In this document: one piece after another, positions 40,171 through 58,378 of the stretch
Layout of the letters: every line of letters starts with the position of its first letter
How positions within the stretch are numbered: position 1 is the stretch's first letter
Assembly: GCA_963745075.1 (NCBI GenBank)
Contig: CAVUWV010000010.1
Coordinates: 440,543 to 504,542 of the forward strand
Direction of reading: 5' to 3'
Length of the DNA: 64,000 bases
Origin: Candidatus Hydrogenedentota bacterium
Lineage (GTDB): Bacteria; Hydrogenedentota; Hydrogenedentia; Hydrogenedentales; SLHB01
Program-made: the position numbers and the translations under genes
The notes under the pieces: model-generated
The model's input: only the letters and a program-made list of their open reading frames with translations
Told to the model about the DNA's origin: nothing
Databases searched by the model: none

Positions 40171-40713
40171 ATGAAGAAGCAATCGCCTCTCCGAAACCGG
40201 GTCAAGGAGCTGCGAGCGCGTTTGGGGATACGTCAGGCGGACTTGGCGCGCGAAGTCGGCATCACCCGGCAGACCATCATCGCCATTGAAAAGGGCCGCC
40301 TGAATCCCTCCATTCTCATCTGCCTCAAGGTCGCCCGTCTGTTGCGCGAGCCCGTGGACTACATTTTCTATCTGGCTGCTGGCTGGGACTCGGCGGACGG
40401 AGTCGTGGCGGAACCGCCGCCCCAAGCGAGCACCCGGGTGCGGGTGCCTTCCAAGAAGCGCAAGGTTCCGTCCATTCAAGGGACGGATATGACCTATGAG
40501 GCGGAACCGGCCCCCGCCACGCCTGGGCGGTATGATCTCGACCGCGACCGGGGCGCGGACACGGTGGATGAGACTGCTGAGGAGCCGGTTCCGGAAAGCG
40601 TCACGGCCGAAGCGAAGCCAGAGCCGAAGCAAGAGGAGAAGCCGGAGCGCAAACCCAAGACGGAAGAACCGGACACGGAGAAGCAGGGCCAGGCCATTTG
40701 GGATTTCTTCTAA
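40171..40713 (+). CDS. XRE-family HTH regulator with long low-complexity C-terminal tail
   Basis: NRVKELR...QADLAREVGITRQTIIAIEKG..NPS; E/P/K-rich tail ending IWDFF. Confidence 0.88.
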   Translation: MKKQSPLRNRVKELRARLGIRQADLAREVGITRQTIIAIEKGRLNPSILICLKVARLLREPVDYIFYLAAGWDSADGVVAEPPPQASTRVRVPSKKRKVPSIQGTDMTYEAEPAPATPGRYDLDRDRGADTVDETAEEPVPESVTAEAKPEPKQEEKPERKPKTEEPDTEKQGQAIWDFF

Positions 40714-40887
40714 CCGGCCAGTATCCACCGAGACCTGAGAGTACCGTAGACACGGCTTCCAGCCGTGTTGATTCTTTGACGTGGAACCAGATTTGAACTG
40801 AAAGATCTGACGCGGCTGGAAGCCGCGTCTACTTTGGCCGCCAGACTCAGATGCCCCGATTCAGCGAGACGAACGTCGCAACACGAA

Positions 40888-42162
40888 TCAGCGAATGCTT
40901 GCGACGCGGGACCAGGCGTTTCGGAGGATACCCAGCGATGTTTCGATCTCGGCTTCCGTAATGACGAGCGGCGGGCTGATCCGAAGCACCTTTTGCGCGA
41001 GCGGTCCCAGGAAATGAACGCCTCCCTGGTCGGTACCGAGGTAGGCCTCGAGGACGCACCGGTTCGCGGCTTCCGCATCTTCCATTTCCATGCCGAACAC
41101 CAACCCCTCGCCACGCACCGCCGTCACAAAATCGAATTCCTTGCGGAGTGCTTCGAGTCCCTCGTGTAAGACCGGGGCCGCCTTGGCGCAATGCTCGACG
41201 ATCTTCTCCTCCTCGAAGACATCGAGCGTCGCACAGACCGCTGCGCAGGCATGGGGGTTCCCGCTGAACGTGTCCGACGCCTCGCCGTAGTCCAATGAAT
41301 CGATCAGGTCCGCGCGGCCCACGACCGCCGCGGCGGGTTCGCCGTTGGCCAAGCCCTTGCCCAGGACAACCAAGTCCGGTTCCACGCCGTAGGATTCGAA
41401 GGCATACATGTGACCGGTGCGTCCATGGCAGGCTTGGACTTCGTCGAAGATGAAGGCTACGTCATGGCGATTGCACCATTTCTGGAGGAGCTGGTGGTAC
41501 CACTGGGGCGGATGGAAGGACCCTTTCGCGCCGAGGTACGGTTCGGTAATCAAAAGGGCGATCCGGTTCGGGAACTCCTGGGCCAGGGCATCCAACTCGG
41601 CCTCGTAGAACTTCGGGGGCTGCGCTTCATCCATAGGGAACGAGATGAATCGGACGTTCGGGTTGGGGCTGGTCTCGCCGGTGACATCGCCGGCAAGACC
41701 TTTCTTGCCGTGAAAGCCGAACCGCGTCGCGAGGATGATGGGCCGATCCTGATGCTTGTGCAACGCGGCCCACATGGCCTTCTGGATTCCCTCCGAGCCG
41801 CTGGCCGCCCACAAGACTTTCTGCGCGCGGGAGTTTGTCGACATGCTCTTGACCAGGCGTTCCGCCGCGAGCACTTCCAGTTCGGTCACCATGTTATACG
41901 AGGTTCGCGGCAACGCCGCGCAATACGCGCGATACGTGGCTTCAAAGCCTTCATGGGCATGACCGAGATTCGACACCAGCACCCCGGACGTGAAGTCGAA
42001 CAGCTCCCGTCCGTCAACCGTCCACAGACGGCAGCCCTTGGCGCGTTCCACGACAATCTGCGTGGGGGTATACGTGCGTTGCCCTTTGCCCGTAACCGCC
42101 GTCAGCCGCTTCCGGATCTGGTTTGCCTTGGGTTCGCCGTCGTGGGTGATCTCGTGTTCCAT
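40888..42162 (-). CDS. Class III PLP-dependent aminotransferase
   Basis: DFTSG, NLGH, SGSE, GFHG, FDEVQ..GRTG, PDLVVLGKG, VRGEGL. Confidence 0.9.
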   Translation of the reverse strand: MEHEITHDGEPKANQIRKRLTAVTGKGQRTYTPTQIVVERAKGCRLWTVDGRELFDFTSGVLVSNLGHAHEGFEATYRAYCAALPRTSYNMVTELEVLAAERLVKSMSTNSRAQKVLWAASGSEGIQKAMWAALHKHQDRPIILATRFGFHGKKGLAGDVTGETSPNPNVRFISFPMDEAQPPKFYEAELDALAQEFPNRIALLITEPYLGAKGSFHPPQWYHQLLQKWCNRHDVAFIFDEVQACHGRTGHMYAFESYGVEPDLVVLGKGLANGEPAAAVVGRADLIDSLDYGEASDTFSGNPHACAAVCATLDVFEEEKIVEHCAKAAPVLHEGLEALRKEFDFVTAVRGEGLVFGMEMEDAEAANRCVLEAYLGTDQGGVHFLGPLAQKVLRISPPLVITEAEIETSLGILRNAWSRVASIR

Positions 42163-42272
42163 CGTCGTATCCTTGTCTTTGAATGGGCAGTATGGACGAT
42201 ATGGATTTCATGGACCGGATTGAAGGATCGGTTTCTCTACTTGTCCATCTCGTTTATTAAGCCCATACCGGT

Positions 42273-42686
42273 TTAGATGTGGTACATCGATGCTTTGGTC
42301 GCCCGGTTCAGAATATCCCTGACCGTCACGCCCCGGAGACATTCTTCGATGCCGGCAGCGATTTCCCGCCAGGACAACCTCAAATCGCCGCCGCCCTCGT
42401 CCTCGACCGGCAACGGATCCAGAATAGGCCCGTCGATGGCCTGCACCAAATCCAATAAGGTAATTTCATCGGGCGACTTAGCGAGCAGATACCCGCCTTG
42501 TGCACCGCGAACGCTCTTAACCTGGCCCGCCCGTTTTAATTGCAAGAGGATGTGGACCAAGTACTTTTCCGGAATCCCCCGCCGTTCCGCGATGTGCACG
42601 GCCGTGATGGGGGAGTCGCTGTTCTCGTGGCGGGCCAGCTCGACAACTGCCCGGCAGGCGTATTCGCATCGTGATGAGATGTTCAT
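42273..42686 (-). CDS. Rrf2-family regulator, CymR-like (lacks the IscR three-Cys motif)
   Basis: [22 protein letters not shown]-terminus MYHI. Confidence 0.9.
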   Translation of the reverse strand: MNISSRCEYACRAVVELARHENSDSPITAVHIAERRGIPEKYLVHILLQLKRAGQVKSVRGAQGGYLLAKSPDEITLLDLVQAIDGPILDPLPVEDEGGGDLRLSWREIAAGIEECLRGVTVRDILNRATKASMYHI

Positions 42687-42874
42687 TTGTCCCCCATTCC
42701 TTACTGGAGAGGTATTATTTCCGAACGGACACCGGGTTGTCAAAGGAAATCGAACGCTATCGAGCAAGCTGCAACTGCCCTTGGTCTTCTCGTGCGAGGA
42801 TATTATTTACAGAAAATAGACGAAATACGAGCATACTGCGCCTGAAAGTCCAAGACTTCCATAAAACCTCCCCT

Positions 42875-42921
42875 CCGCTAAATTTGGTATTGACAGAAAA
42901 GGCGACCACAGTATATTGTGG
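42875..42921 (+). promoter_or_regulatory. nrdAB promoter with tandem NrdR boxes
   Basis: CCACAGTATATTGTGG (42906-42921) and a weaker CCGCTAAATTTGGTAT (42875-42890), 31 bp apart, overlapping TTGACA and TATATT. Confidence 0.75.
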
Positions 42922-43222
42922 ATTTCATCGCAGGGGCCCGATCCAATCGGGCACTAGCATGCAAGGATATCGGATCTCGTCGGGCTGTTGGGGTGAAACG
43001 TCTTGGGTGTCCCTGGTCCGTTTGCAGGCAGTAAACGCATTTGAAGCTGGTCTGCGTATTTTACGCACCGAGAATACCGGATTCCTTAGCGGGGCGGGAA
43101 GGAATGGTTTATACTGGGCAGCGGGGTCGTGCGCGGCCATCTTCACGCATTATAACACTATTGAGAGGGCGAACTTAGAAAGGCGGGGGGACGCCGCTAC
43201 GTGTGCAGGAGGTGCGTACCAG

Positions 43223-46051
<2,829 letters not shown>

Positions 46052-46257
46052 TAAATTCGAAGGATCAAATACCGAAACGGAGAGCAGGTTCTCCCATGCT
46101 CAGGTTCGGATGACACTTCGGGAATATGCGTGCGACTACAGGTTGGGGCGTGACTGGAACATACGGTTGTTTTAAGAATTGGGGTTTTCGATCATTCAAA
46201 TTTGTTTCGGATTTCAGATTTATCCGGGCCAGGGGATCGTGGGAAGGAGAGAACTTA

Positions 46258-47322
46258 ATGTCAGCATGCTGCAATGCCTCGGGAATGCCGCCCAAGCCGT
46301 ATGATTTGACGAAACGGATCAACGTTGAGGACAAGCGGTTATTGAACTGCCGCCAGGTCGACGTGAACCAATTGATGCCGCTGAAGTACAAGTGGGCCTG
46401 GGAGCACTACCTGAACGGGTGCAACAACAACTGGCTGCCGAGCGAGGTTTCCATGCAGCGGGACATCGAGCTGTGGAAATCCGATTCGCTGACCGACGCG
46501 GAGCGCCTGGTGATCATGCGCAACCTCGGGTTTTTCAGCACCGGCGAAAGCCTGGTCGGCAACAACATCGTGCTGGCCATCTTCAAACACATCACGAACC
46601 CGGAAGCGCGACAGTACCTGTTGCGGCAGGCCTACGAGGAAGCGGTGCACACGCACACGTTTCATTACATCGTCGAGTCGCTGTCGCTGGACGAACGCGA
46701 AGTGTTTAACATGTACAACGAGGTCGATTCTATCGAAGGCAAAGATCGGTTCGTGATGCAGTTGACCGAAGGCATCATGCGCGACGATTTCTCGACGGAT
46801 TCCATTGAAGGCATTCAACAGTTTATCAAGAACCTCATTGGTTTCTACGTCGTCATGGAAGGCATCTTCTTCTACAGCGGGTTCGTGATGATCCTGTCGT
46901 TTCATCGCCAGAATCGCATGACGGGGATCGGTGAACAGTTTCAGTACATCTTGCGCGACGAAACAATTCACCTGAATTTCGGCATCGATCTCATCAATAC
47001 GATCAAAGAGGAAAACCCGGGCGTATGGACGCCGGCGCTGCAACAGGAAGTGCTCGACCTGATCCGTCAGGCGGTCGCCTTTGAAATTCGCTATGCCGAA
47101 GATTGCCTGCCTCGTGGTATATTGGGCTTGAACGCGGGCCTCTTTCAGGAGTACGTTCAGTACGTAGCGGACCGCCGGCTTGAACGGATCGGGTTGAAGG
47201 CGGAGTACGGATCGAGCAATCCATTTCCGTGGATGAGCGAAACGATGGATCTGATGAAGGAGAAAAACTTCTTCGAGACGCGCGTGACGGAGTATCAGAC
47301 GGCCGCCAGTCTCGAATGGTGA
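46258..47322 (+). CDS. nrdB: Ribonucleotide reductase beta subunit, class Ic (R2c) signature
   Basis: [48 protein letters not shown]. Confidence 0.93.
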   Translation: MSACCNASGMPPKPYDLTKRINVEDKRLLNCRQVDVNQLMPLKYKWAWEHYLNGCNNNWLPSEVSMQRDIELWKSDSLTDAERLVIMRNLGFFSTGESLVGNNIVLAIFKHITNPEARQYLLRQAYEEAVHTHTFHYIVESLSLDEREVFNMYNEVDSIEGKDRFVMQLTEGIMRDDFSTDSIEGIQQFIKNLIGFYVVMEGIFFYSGFVMILSFHRQNRMTGIGEQFQYILRDETIHLNFGIDLINTIKEENPGVWTPALQQEVLDLIRQAVAFEIRYAEDCLPRGILGLNAGLFQEYVQYVADRRLERIGLKAEYGSSNPFPWMSETMDLMKEKNFFETRVTEYQTAASLEW

Positions 47323-47356
47323 TGGATCTGTTGGGCGCGTAGGAGGCGCCTGAATC

Positions 47357-47399
47357 TCGGGGAACCCTTCATGCGATAGCGGGTTCCCCGATTTTTTTT
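47357..47399 (+). terminator. Rho-independent terminator after nrdB
   Basis: cggggaaccc...gggttccccg followed by a T tract. Confidence 0.85.
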
Positions 47400-47402
47400 G
47401 AG

Positions 47403-47861
47403 TCAGCTTCGGATGCGGGAGAGGAGGACGACGAGTCCGATAACGACGATCGCGAGGACGGCAAGCACCATCGCAATCGTAATCCGCGTTCCCCGGTGCG
47501 CGGGCCGTGGCGGCGGCGGGGCTTCGGAAGGGGGCTTGGTGATCCCGAGATCTTCGAGCGTCAGGGGCGCGAATCCAACCGAGGACTCCTGTTGACTGGC
47601 GGCCTCGGCGGACGCAATGGCGGTTTTCAGTTTCGCGGCACGTTTGTCGCCGAACCGTTCGATCAATCGATCGCAGATTGCCATCGCTTCTTGCGGACGT
47701 TTCAGCCGGCGCAGACAGCGCGCCCGGGGGAACATGATGTTGCGCTTTTCGGGAAAGGCGGTATCAAGCTTGTTCAGCACATTGAGGGCTTCCTCGTATC
47801 GTTCGGCACGATAGAAGTCGTCCGCCTTCTGAAAAAGCGCCTGCGCTTGCCCCTTGTCCAC
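47403..47861 (-). CDS. TPR protein with C-terminal membrane anchor
   Basis: TPR-like helices (YEEALNVL, RARCL..L.R.QEA), Pro-rich linker, hydrophobic tail. Confidence 0.7.
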   Translation of the reverse strand: MDKGQAQALFQKADDFYRAERYEEALNVLNKLDTAFPEKRNIMFPRARCLRRLKRPQEAMAICDRLIERFGDKRAAKLKTAIASAEAASQQESSVGFAPLTLEDLGITKPPSEAPPPPRPAHRGTRITIAMVLAVLAIVVIGLVVLLSRIRS

Positions 47862-48000
47862 GGCATACTCCCCTGCGTACGTGGTCGTGATCACTTGAGT
47901 CTGGTCTAAGCCGCTGCCATTGTCAAGGGAAATCGCGACAGGTTTGGACCGTGCTATACTCGGGCGCGGCGTGTTGTTGCGACCACCTGTCGCAATCCCG

Positions 48001-48840
48001 ATGGAGGGAACGAGCAGTTTGGGTGCGAGTCATTTCCTGCGGATAACGGTTTCCATTGCGCTGATGACCGTCCGGCTACACGTCCGGCGGACGCGAACGT
48101 GGATCATGGGGATGCTTATCCTCGTGCCCTGCGCGTTGCCGGTCTTGGTGGTGTACTACGGGCCCGAGCACCGGATGCCCGTGGAATCGCTGTTCGTCGC
48201 TCTCTTCGACTTTCTCTACGTTTACACCCTCGTCCCACTGACGGCGTTGTTTTACGCGTGCGCGCTCCTTGCCGAAGAGACGGAAGGGCATACCTTTCCC
48301 CTGCTGTTGTCCCGGCCGGTGCCGCGCGGCGCGTTCATCCTGGGGAAGTACGCGGCGTTTCTGCTGGTGTCGACCGTCCTGATTTCAGTTTCCCTGGCGG
48401 CGACGTTCTATTCGGCGGCGCTCTTCTTGAAACTGCCGTTGACCGGGGCGCACGATGCCTTGCTGATCCGGTACGCCGTCTTGTGCGCGTCGGGGCTGGC
48501 GGCGTACGGGGCGCTGTGTCTGATGGTGAGCACGTTGACGCGGCGTCCGGTGCTGGTATCGGCACTTTTCATTTTTGGCTGGGAAAAGATGGTCATCGCG
48601 CTGCCCGGCTATGCGGACTTCCTGACGCTGCAGAAGTATCTGGGACAGTTGCTGCCGCCGGTTGACTTTCGCCGCGTCGCGATCGCGAAAGTGGAACTGC
48701 CGGTCGAACTGATGCGGGAAGTGTATCCGGTGAGTACGGCCGGAGCGATTGGTGCGTTGCTTTGTGCGACGCTGGCGCTGCTGGCGATTGCATGCATTTG
48801 CGTGCGCGAGCGCGAGTACGCCACCGGCGACGCCGGATGA
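48001..48840 (+). CDS. ABC-2 type transporter permease
   Basis: Several TM helices; AEETEGHTF.LLLSRPVPR..FILGKY. Start position uncertain. Confidence 0.85.
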   Translation: MEGTSSLGASHFLRITVSIALMTVRLHVRRTRTWIMGMLILVPCALPVLVVYYGPEHRMPVESLFVALFDFLYVYTLVPLTALFYACALLAEETEGHTFPLLLSRPVPRGAFILGKYAAFLLVSTVLISVSLAATFYSAALFLKLPLTGAHDALLIRYAVLCASGLAAYGALCLMVSTLTRRPVLVSALFIFGWEKMVIALPGYADFLTLQKYLGQLLPPVDFRRVAIAKVELPVELMREVYPVSTAGAIGALLCATLALLAIACICVREREYATGDAG

Positions 48841-48877
48841 CGCGTCTGCTCGGGAGAAACGGAGGGAGGTCTTTCAC

Positions 48878-49582
48878 ATGGGGTGTCAGAGTTACAGCTT
48901 TCGCAACTTCGATTTGAAGGGCGCGATCGCGTGCATTCAAGAACTCGGGCTGAAGGAAATGGAGTTTTGCGCGGTGCACTTTCCGCCGGACAAAGACGCG
49001 GAACGTTTCGCCGACGTGCAGGCGGCGATTGCCGCGGCAGGGATCGCGACACCGTGTTACGGCGTGGAAGGATTCACTGCCGACGAAGCGGCGAACCGGA
49101 AGAAGTTTGAATTTGCGAAAGCCCTGGGAGTGGATATCCTGACGGCCGATCCGGCGCCGGATTCCTTTGACAACCTCGAGAAACTTTGCGAGGAGTACGG
49201 CATCAAGATCGCGATACACAACCACGGTCCCGGCGCGCGATACGACAAAGTGTCCGACACCTTGAACGCGGTCAACGGAAGAAGTCCATTGATCGGAGCG
49301 TGCCTCGATACCGGACACTGCATCCGGTCCGGCGAAACCCCGCATGCGGTTGCCGAGACGCTGGGCGACCGATTGATCTCGGTGCACCTGAAGGATTGGA
49401 AAGCCGGCGGCAAGGAAACGATCGTCGGTGAGGGCGATCTGGATCTGGTCGGGCTGGCGGCGGCGCTCCAAGCATTCGGGTTCGGGGGACCGATTGTAAT
49501 GGAATACGAGGAAAGTGCGGACAATCCGGTGCCGGATATGAAGACCGGCTGGGCGAACTGGGAACGGGCGGCCGCCGGGTAA
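48878..49582 (+). CDS. Sugar phosphate isomerase/epimerase (xylose isomerase-like TIM barrel)
   Basis: QSYSFR, AIHNHG, CLDTGH, VHLKD, MEYE; RBS GGAGG. Confidence 0.88.
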   Translation: MGCQSYSFRNFDLKGAIACIQELGLKEMEFCAVHFPPDKDAERFADVQAAIAAAGIATPCYGVEGFTADEAANRKKFEFAKALGVDILTADPAPDSFDNLEKLCEEYGIKIAIHNHGPGARYDKVSDTLNAVNGRSPLIGACLDTGHCIRSGETPHAVAETLGDRLISVHLKDWKAGGKETIVGEGDLDLVGLAAALQAFGFGGPIVMEYEESADNPVPDMKTGWANWERAAAG

Positions 49583-49666
49583 GGCAAACACAGAAGCCGA
49601 CTGATCGGACCGATCGGTTGGATCGACCTGTCTTTCCGGTCCGTGGCGGTCCCCAAAAAGGCGCGG

Positions 49667-49842
49667 AAAAATAATTTCATTTTTCTGTTGACATGGGCAT
49701 TCCCGTTTGTTAAAGTACGCGTCTCGTTGCCGCTGAGGCGGTGCGCCGTGGTCAGCAGTGCTTCCCACACACGACTCCTTCGGGGGTCGGTTTGTGTGTT
49801 GAGGGACTAGGAGTTGACACGGGCCCAAACCGGTGGTACAAT
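49667..49842 (+). promoter_or_regulatory. Tandem rrn promoters P1/P2
   Basis: AT-rich UP element, then TTGACA-N17-TAAAGT (49688-49716) and TTGACA-N17-TACAAT (49814-49842). BoxA-like gctctttga at ~50009 and gatctttgaca at ~52157. Confidence 0.85.
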
Positions 49843-50199
49843 ACGAGGCTGGATGGCGCACGATGTGCGTTGTCTGGATGGTGGTGGTTTCACCCGCTCT
49901 TGCGTAGTTTGGAAGCTTTTCACAAAACTTGGCAAGGGTATACCTCGCTCTGTTGACGCGTTTCGGCGGGTCCGCGAGCGAGGCCGGGTGCGGCAGCTCA
50001 AGCCAAGCGCTCTTTGAGAGTTGAATACGATGCATGTCGAAAGACATGGTCATGTGCGGAACGGAAATTTCGGTTTCCGTACCAACCCTGAGCGTTTTTC
50101 CGGAAACGGGGAAACGGCTCACAATTCTAGATTCCAACAACATGGAATCAGACTCGCTTAAAACAGGGCGCCACTATAGCCGTGGCGGCCTGTTCGATT

Positions 50200-51758
<1,559 letters not shown>

Positions 51759-51876
51759 AGTAAAACGAAATTACGCCCTTGCGGCGTAATTACGGTCGAT
51801 CACATGGTCGGTCGATTGGCATGCATCGTATTCAGCGTTCAGGGGGCGCGAGACGCAGGGATACGCTTTCTGGCGT

Positions 51877-51953
<77 letters not shown>

Positions 51954-51994
51954 TTTCACAGTTTTACATGCGTCGCAACGCGCACGCAGTGCGC

Positions 51995-52070
51995 GGGGAT
52001 GTAGCTCAGTTGGGAGAGCGCCGGCTTTGCAAGCCGGAGGTCGTCGGTTCGATCCCGATCATCTCCACCA
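51995..52070 (+). tRNA. tRNA-Ala(TGC)
   Basis: ggggatg...ttTGCaa...ttcga...catctccacca, with a G3:U70 pair. Confidence 0.97.
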
Positions 52071-52276
52071 AGCGAGTGGCCGGGCAACGACGGGGATACG
52101 AAGTTGCCGGGCGGCGCGGTCGATTTTACGTTCGCCGAAGATAGGGCGAGCGGGATGATCTTTGACAGTTGAATGCAAGGGTAGCCAGCAATGACTACCA
52201 TAATAGAGTGTCTTAAAATTACTCAATATCATCCCGGGTCTTGCCGCAAGGCGGGGCTCGTGAGATAAAGGGTTTT

Positions 52277-55286
<3,010 letters not shown>

Positions 55287-55440
55287 TTAAACTTGCTATT
55301 CCCAGTGCGTTTTGCAAAAGGGCGCATGGGAATAGCGGACTCATAAGGCAAAGGCACTCTGTCGCGTAGCGCATTTCTGCGCTCCCTTGCATTCGCTGTC
55401 ACCAGTTTCGGTGATGCGCTCCGGCGCGTTGCCACGACTT

Positions 55441-55558
55441 TGCCGGTGACTTTAGCGGTGGGGCCACACCCGTTCCCATTCCGAACACGGTAGTTAAGCC
55501 CACCAGCGCCCATGGTACTGCCCGGGCAACTGGGTGGGAGAGTAGGACGTTGCCGGCT
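55441..55558 (+). rRNA. rrf: 5S rRNA
   Basis: cccattccgaacacgg...atggtactg...gggagagtag; terminal gccgg/ccggc stem. Confidence 0.97.
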
Positions 55559-55566
55559 TTATATTC

Positions 55567-55612
55567 GAGCGGCCCGTTGACGTGAAAGCGTCGACGGGCC
55601 GCTTTGTTTTTC
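55567..55612 (+). terminator. rrn terminator
   Basis: agcggcccgttgacg-tgaaag-cgtcgacgggccgct followed by a T tract. Confidence 0.85.
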
Positions 55613-55684
55613 GCGGAGGGGCCGGTCATCCCACCCGAAATACCTTTCGTAGAACCTGCCCGAAGGCCGCATTCACAGCAATGA

Positions 55685-56341
55685 ATCAAATCTCCTGTCA
55701 AACTCCTGAACGCTCTCGCAGATAGCGCGCGTGCCGGCGCGGCCCGGTCCACGCCGATCACCGGAGGCAGGAGATTGCTCGTTGCCGGCGCCGCACTCGT
55801 TCTGGTCGGGTTTCTGCTGCCATGGTTTTCCATCGACCTCAACAAGGAAATGGCGCGGATGAACGTTGCGCCATCGAATTCCATCGGCAAGGGCCCGGTC
55901 GGACTTCCTGTCCCGCAGGTGGATTGGAACCAACTTTGACCTGCCCCCAGTTTATGTACCAGCCTGAGTGAGAGTATTTTCTTCGGTTTCTTGCCTGAGC
56001 CCGGGCCTTTCCGCATTGCCGGAATCCCGCTGACGCAAAACATGCCCCAGTTGGGACCCATCAGTACCAGCGGAGGCGATATCAGGGGCGGTCTCGGATG
56101 GATCGTTCTTGCACTCGGCGTCGGGACCGTCATGTTGCCGTTCGTTGGCGTATCCCTCACGGCCGTGGCCAAACGCAATGCCATGCTCATCATGTTGATC
56201 GCCGGCTCGGCCATACTGCTTTACCTGATATCCGGGAACATTCACTACGTTGCCGCCGGGATTCCCATGGTCTGCATCGGGTATGCCCTCGAGCTGGCTG
56301 GGGCATTCCGCGAACGAGCCCACGCTTCGAGCCCCTCATAA
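55685..56341 (+). pseudogene. Probable remnant of a membrane protein gene
   Basis: One frame reads LLVAGAALVLVGFLLPWFSIDL..., hits TGA at 55937-55939, then continues in frame into the hydrophobic 55991-56341 ORF. No clear start. Confidence 0.4.
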
Positions 56342-56673
56342 TTCGACGAGCGCGTCGACGCCAACCGGTCCCGGGGGATTGGTACTGGGCACCCCGGTCA
56401 GTACGTCAAGATTTTCGGCATAAACGGTGTCTTCAGTTCACGCCTACGACGGCTTTGATCGTGAACGGCCCCTCGGTATCTGCATGCCGAAGGGCCGGTT
56501 CGCTTTCTTGCCATTGCCAGTATTGAAACATCACTCAGATTTGATCGTAACGTCCTGACCTACTTTTACTGCCCCATCGGCCAATCCGTTCGATTCGTGG
56601 ATTTGGTCTACCGTGACGCCGAATCGCCGTGCGATGCCTTCCAGCGTGTCGCCTGGCTTAACACGGTAGGTGA

Positions 56674-57813
56674 TCACTGCTCCGGATGGTGTGATTCCGT
56701 TTGCAGACTTGACGAACCGCCGACTGCACGAGGGGGAAGACTCCCGGGACCTGCCCCGGGGAACGGTCCGACCCCGCCTCCGCCAAATCCACCACCACCG
56801 AATCCCCCGCTACCGCCGATGCCACCACCCCCGCCACCTCCACCAGCGGACCAGCCGAAGCCGAAGCCGCCGGAACCGATGCCTTTTGCGGAAGCGTCCT
56901 GGATGGAAACCAGCAGGGGGACGTTCGCGGGGACGGTTGGGGCGTCGATCGTCATGGCGCGTTCGGTCGTGGTGGCGAAGATACCGTAGTCGCGTATCAC
57001 AAAGCAGAGGTCGCCGTAGGCGTCGACGAGGGCGAGCAGCGCGTTTTTCAGCGCAACATCCTGCAGCTTGACGCTCACGGGTTCATCGGCTGCCGGAAGT
57101 CCCACGTCCATCACGATGTTGACTCCCACATACTCGCTGATGAATTCGGAGATGTTGCGGAGGGTCTCTTTTTCGAACTCGATGCTGACGGGAGATTCCA
57201 GAGCCATCGCAGTCTGGCTCTTGTTCTCCTCGGATAATTCCGGCCGTGGCGCGGGGATACGAGGCTGATTTAACAACCCCAACTCTCGCGCGCTGTCGGG
57301 CTGGCGGGCTGGCGATTCCATGATTTTCGAGGCGGCTTCCAATTTCGCAACGGTGGCTTCGGCCTGGGCGAGGCGCTCCTGGGCGAGGTTCAAATCCATC
57401 ATGGAACTCGTGCCGTTGTTGAACCTTTCCTTCAGCAGTTTGACGTTTTCGCGCGCCAGGTCCGCAAGCTGTTGCGCGTGGGAATTTTCGATGGCGCGTT
57501 GGGCCGCTTCGATCTTTGCTTGGCGCAGTCTTGCTTCCGCCTCGTGGAGTTGGGCCTCGGCAATCGCGACTTCGGGGCTGGTTTCCGAAGATAGTTGGGG
57601 CGGAAGGACGCCCAGGAACGCGCCGGGTTGGCCGGGTACCGCGGGACGCGCGGGTACCGGTAGGGGAACCGGATGGTCCGTCGCCGCTCCTGGAGCTGGG
57701 ATTGGCTGAGCCCGTGGGGGCACAGCGTTATCTGTATTCTGAGCGCCGGCGGCACTGGATGCGACAATCGCCACAAGTGCAATCAAGACCGCTCTAAGTA
57801 GTTGCATCTTCAT
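56674..57813 (-). CDS. Secreted protein with TolC/OEP-like helical segment, STN-like domain and Gly-rich tail
   Basis: Signal peptide; KERFNNG.SS.MDL..AQ..L..A; VSIEF....L......ISE..GVNIV.D...VSVKL.DV.L..AL. Confidence 0.7.
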   Translation of the reverse strand: MKMQLLRAVLIALVAIVASSAAGAQNTDNAVPPRAQPIPAPGAATDHPVPLPVPARPAVPGQPGAFLGVLPPQLSSETSPEVAIAEAQLHEAEARLRQAKIEAAQRAIENSHAQQLADLARENVKLLKERFNNGTSSMMDLNLAQERLAQAEATVAKLEAASKIMESPARQPDSARELGLLNQPRIPAPRPELSEENKSQTAMALESPVSIEFEKETLRNISEFISEYVGVNIVMDVGLPAADEPVSVKLQDVALKNALLALVDAYGDLCFVIRDYGIFATTTERAMTIDAPTVPANVPLLVSIQDASAKGIGSGGFGFGWSAGGGGGGGGIGGSGGFGGGGFGGGGVGPFPGAGPGSLPPRAVGGSSSLQTESHHPEQ

Positions 57814-58378
57814 GGGTATCCTCCCGCAGGCGCGCCTGCTTCATTGACTTCAATAACCAGGAATCATCCACGTTCATCGCCACGCCGGTCTGCGGTTGTT
57901 GTAGAGACAGCATTCGGCGGTAACAATTCATCGCCTGATCGATGTCTCCAAATCCATTCAGATACCGGTCCCCGGCGGCTTTGAGTATTTCGATTTGCTT
58001 GTCGATCGGTGACCTGGCGATAAGCAGCGAAAAAGCCTCGGGATCCCGGAGCAAGGAATCCGTGACGAGCGCCTGGTCCGGCAGCGCTGGTTCGTGCACG
58101 GTCGCGTCGCTTGCCACGGCAACCGGCGGTTCGGTCCCCATCTTCGGCGGCGCAGGTTGGAATGCAAGAAACGCCGTCACGATTCCGCCGACGTAGGCGA
58201 CGGCTACCAGGCCACTCCCCACCGCCAAACGGCGGCGACGGCTTCTCCCACGCACCTGGGCTGCGGTCCGCGCGAAGACGGACTCCCGGAAATCGGCGGA
58301 AATCGGCGGGCTATCCCACAGTTCCCGCGGTACTTCGTCCCCGTCCAGCAGGGGTTCGTTATCGTTTTGCGGTTTCAT
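57794..58378 (-). CDS. Putative anti-sigma factor (single TM)
   Basis: Directly follows and overlaps the ECF sigma gene; RRRR plus TM helix; periplasmic TPR-like helix pair. Confidence 0.6.
   Translation of the reverse strand: MKPQNDNEPLLDGDEVPRELWDSPPISADFRESVFARTAAQVRGRSRRRRLAVGSGLVAVAYVGGIVTAFLAFQPAPPKMGTEPPVAVASDATVHEPALPDQALVTDSLLRDPEAFSLLIARSPIDKQIEILKAAGDRYLNGFGDIDQAMNCYRRMLSLQQPQTGVAMNVDDSWLLKSMKQARLREDTHEDATT

Noticed and set aside
42925..43222. Cobalamin riboswitch upstream of nrdAB
   Set aside because: The B12-box and gcccccgc/actgt elements were not found.
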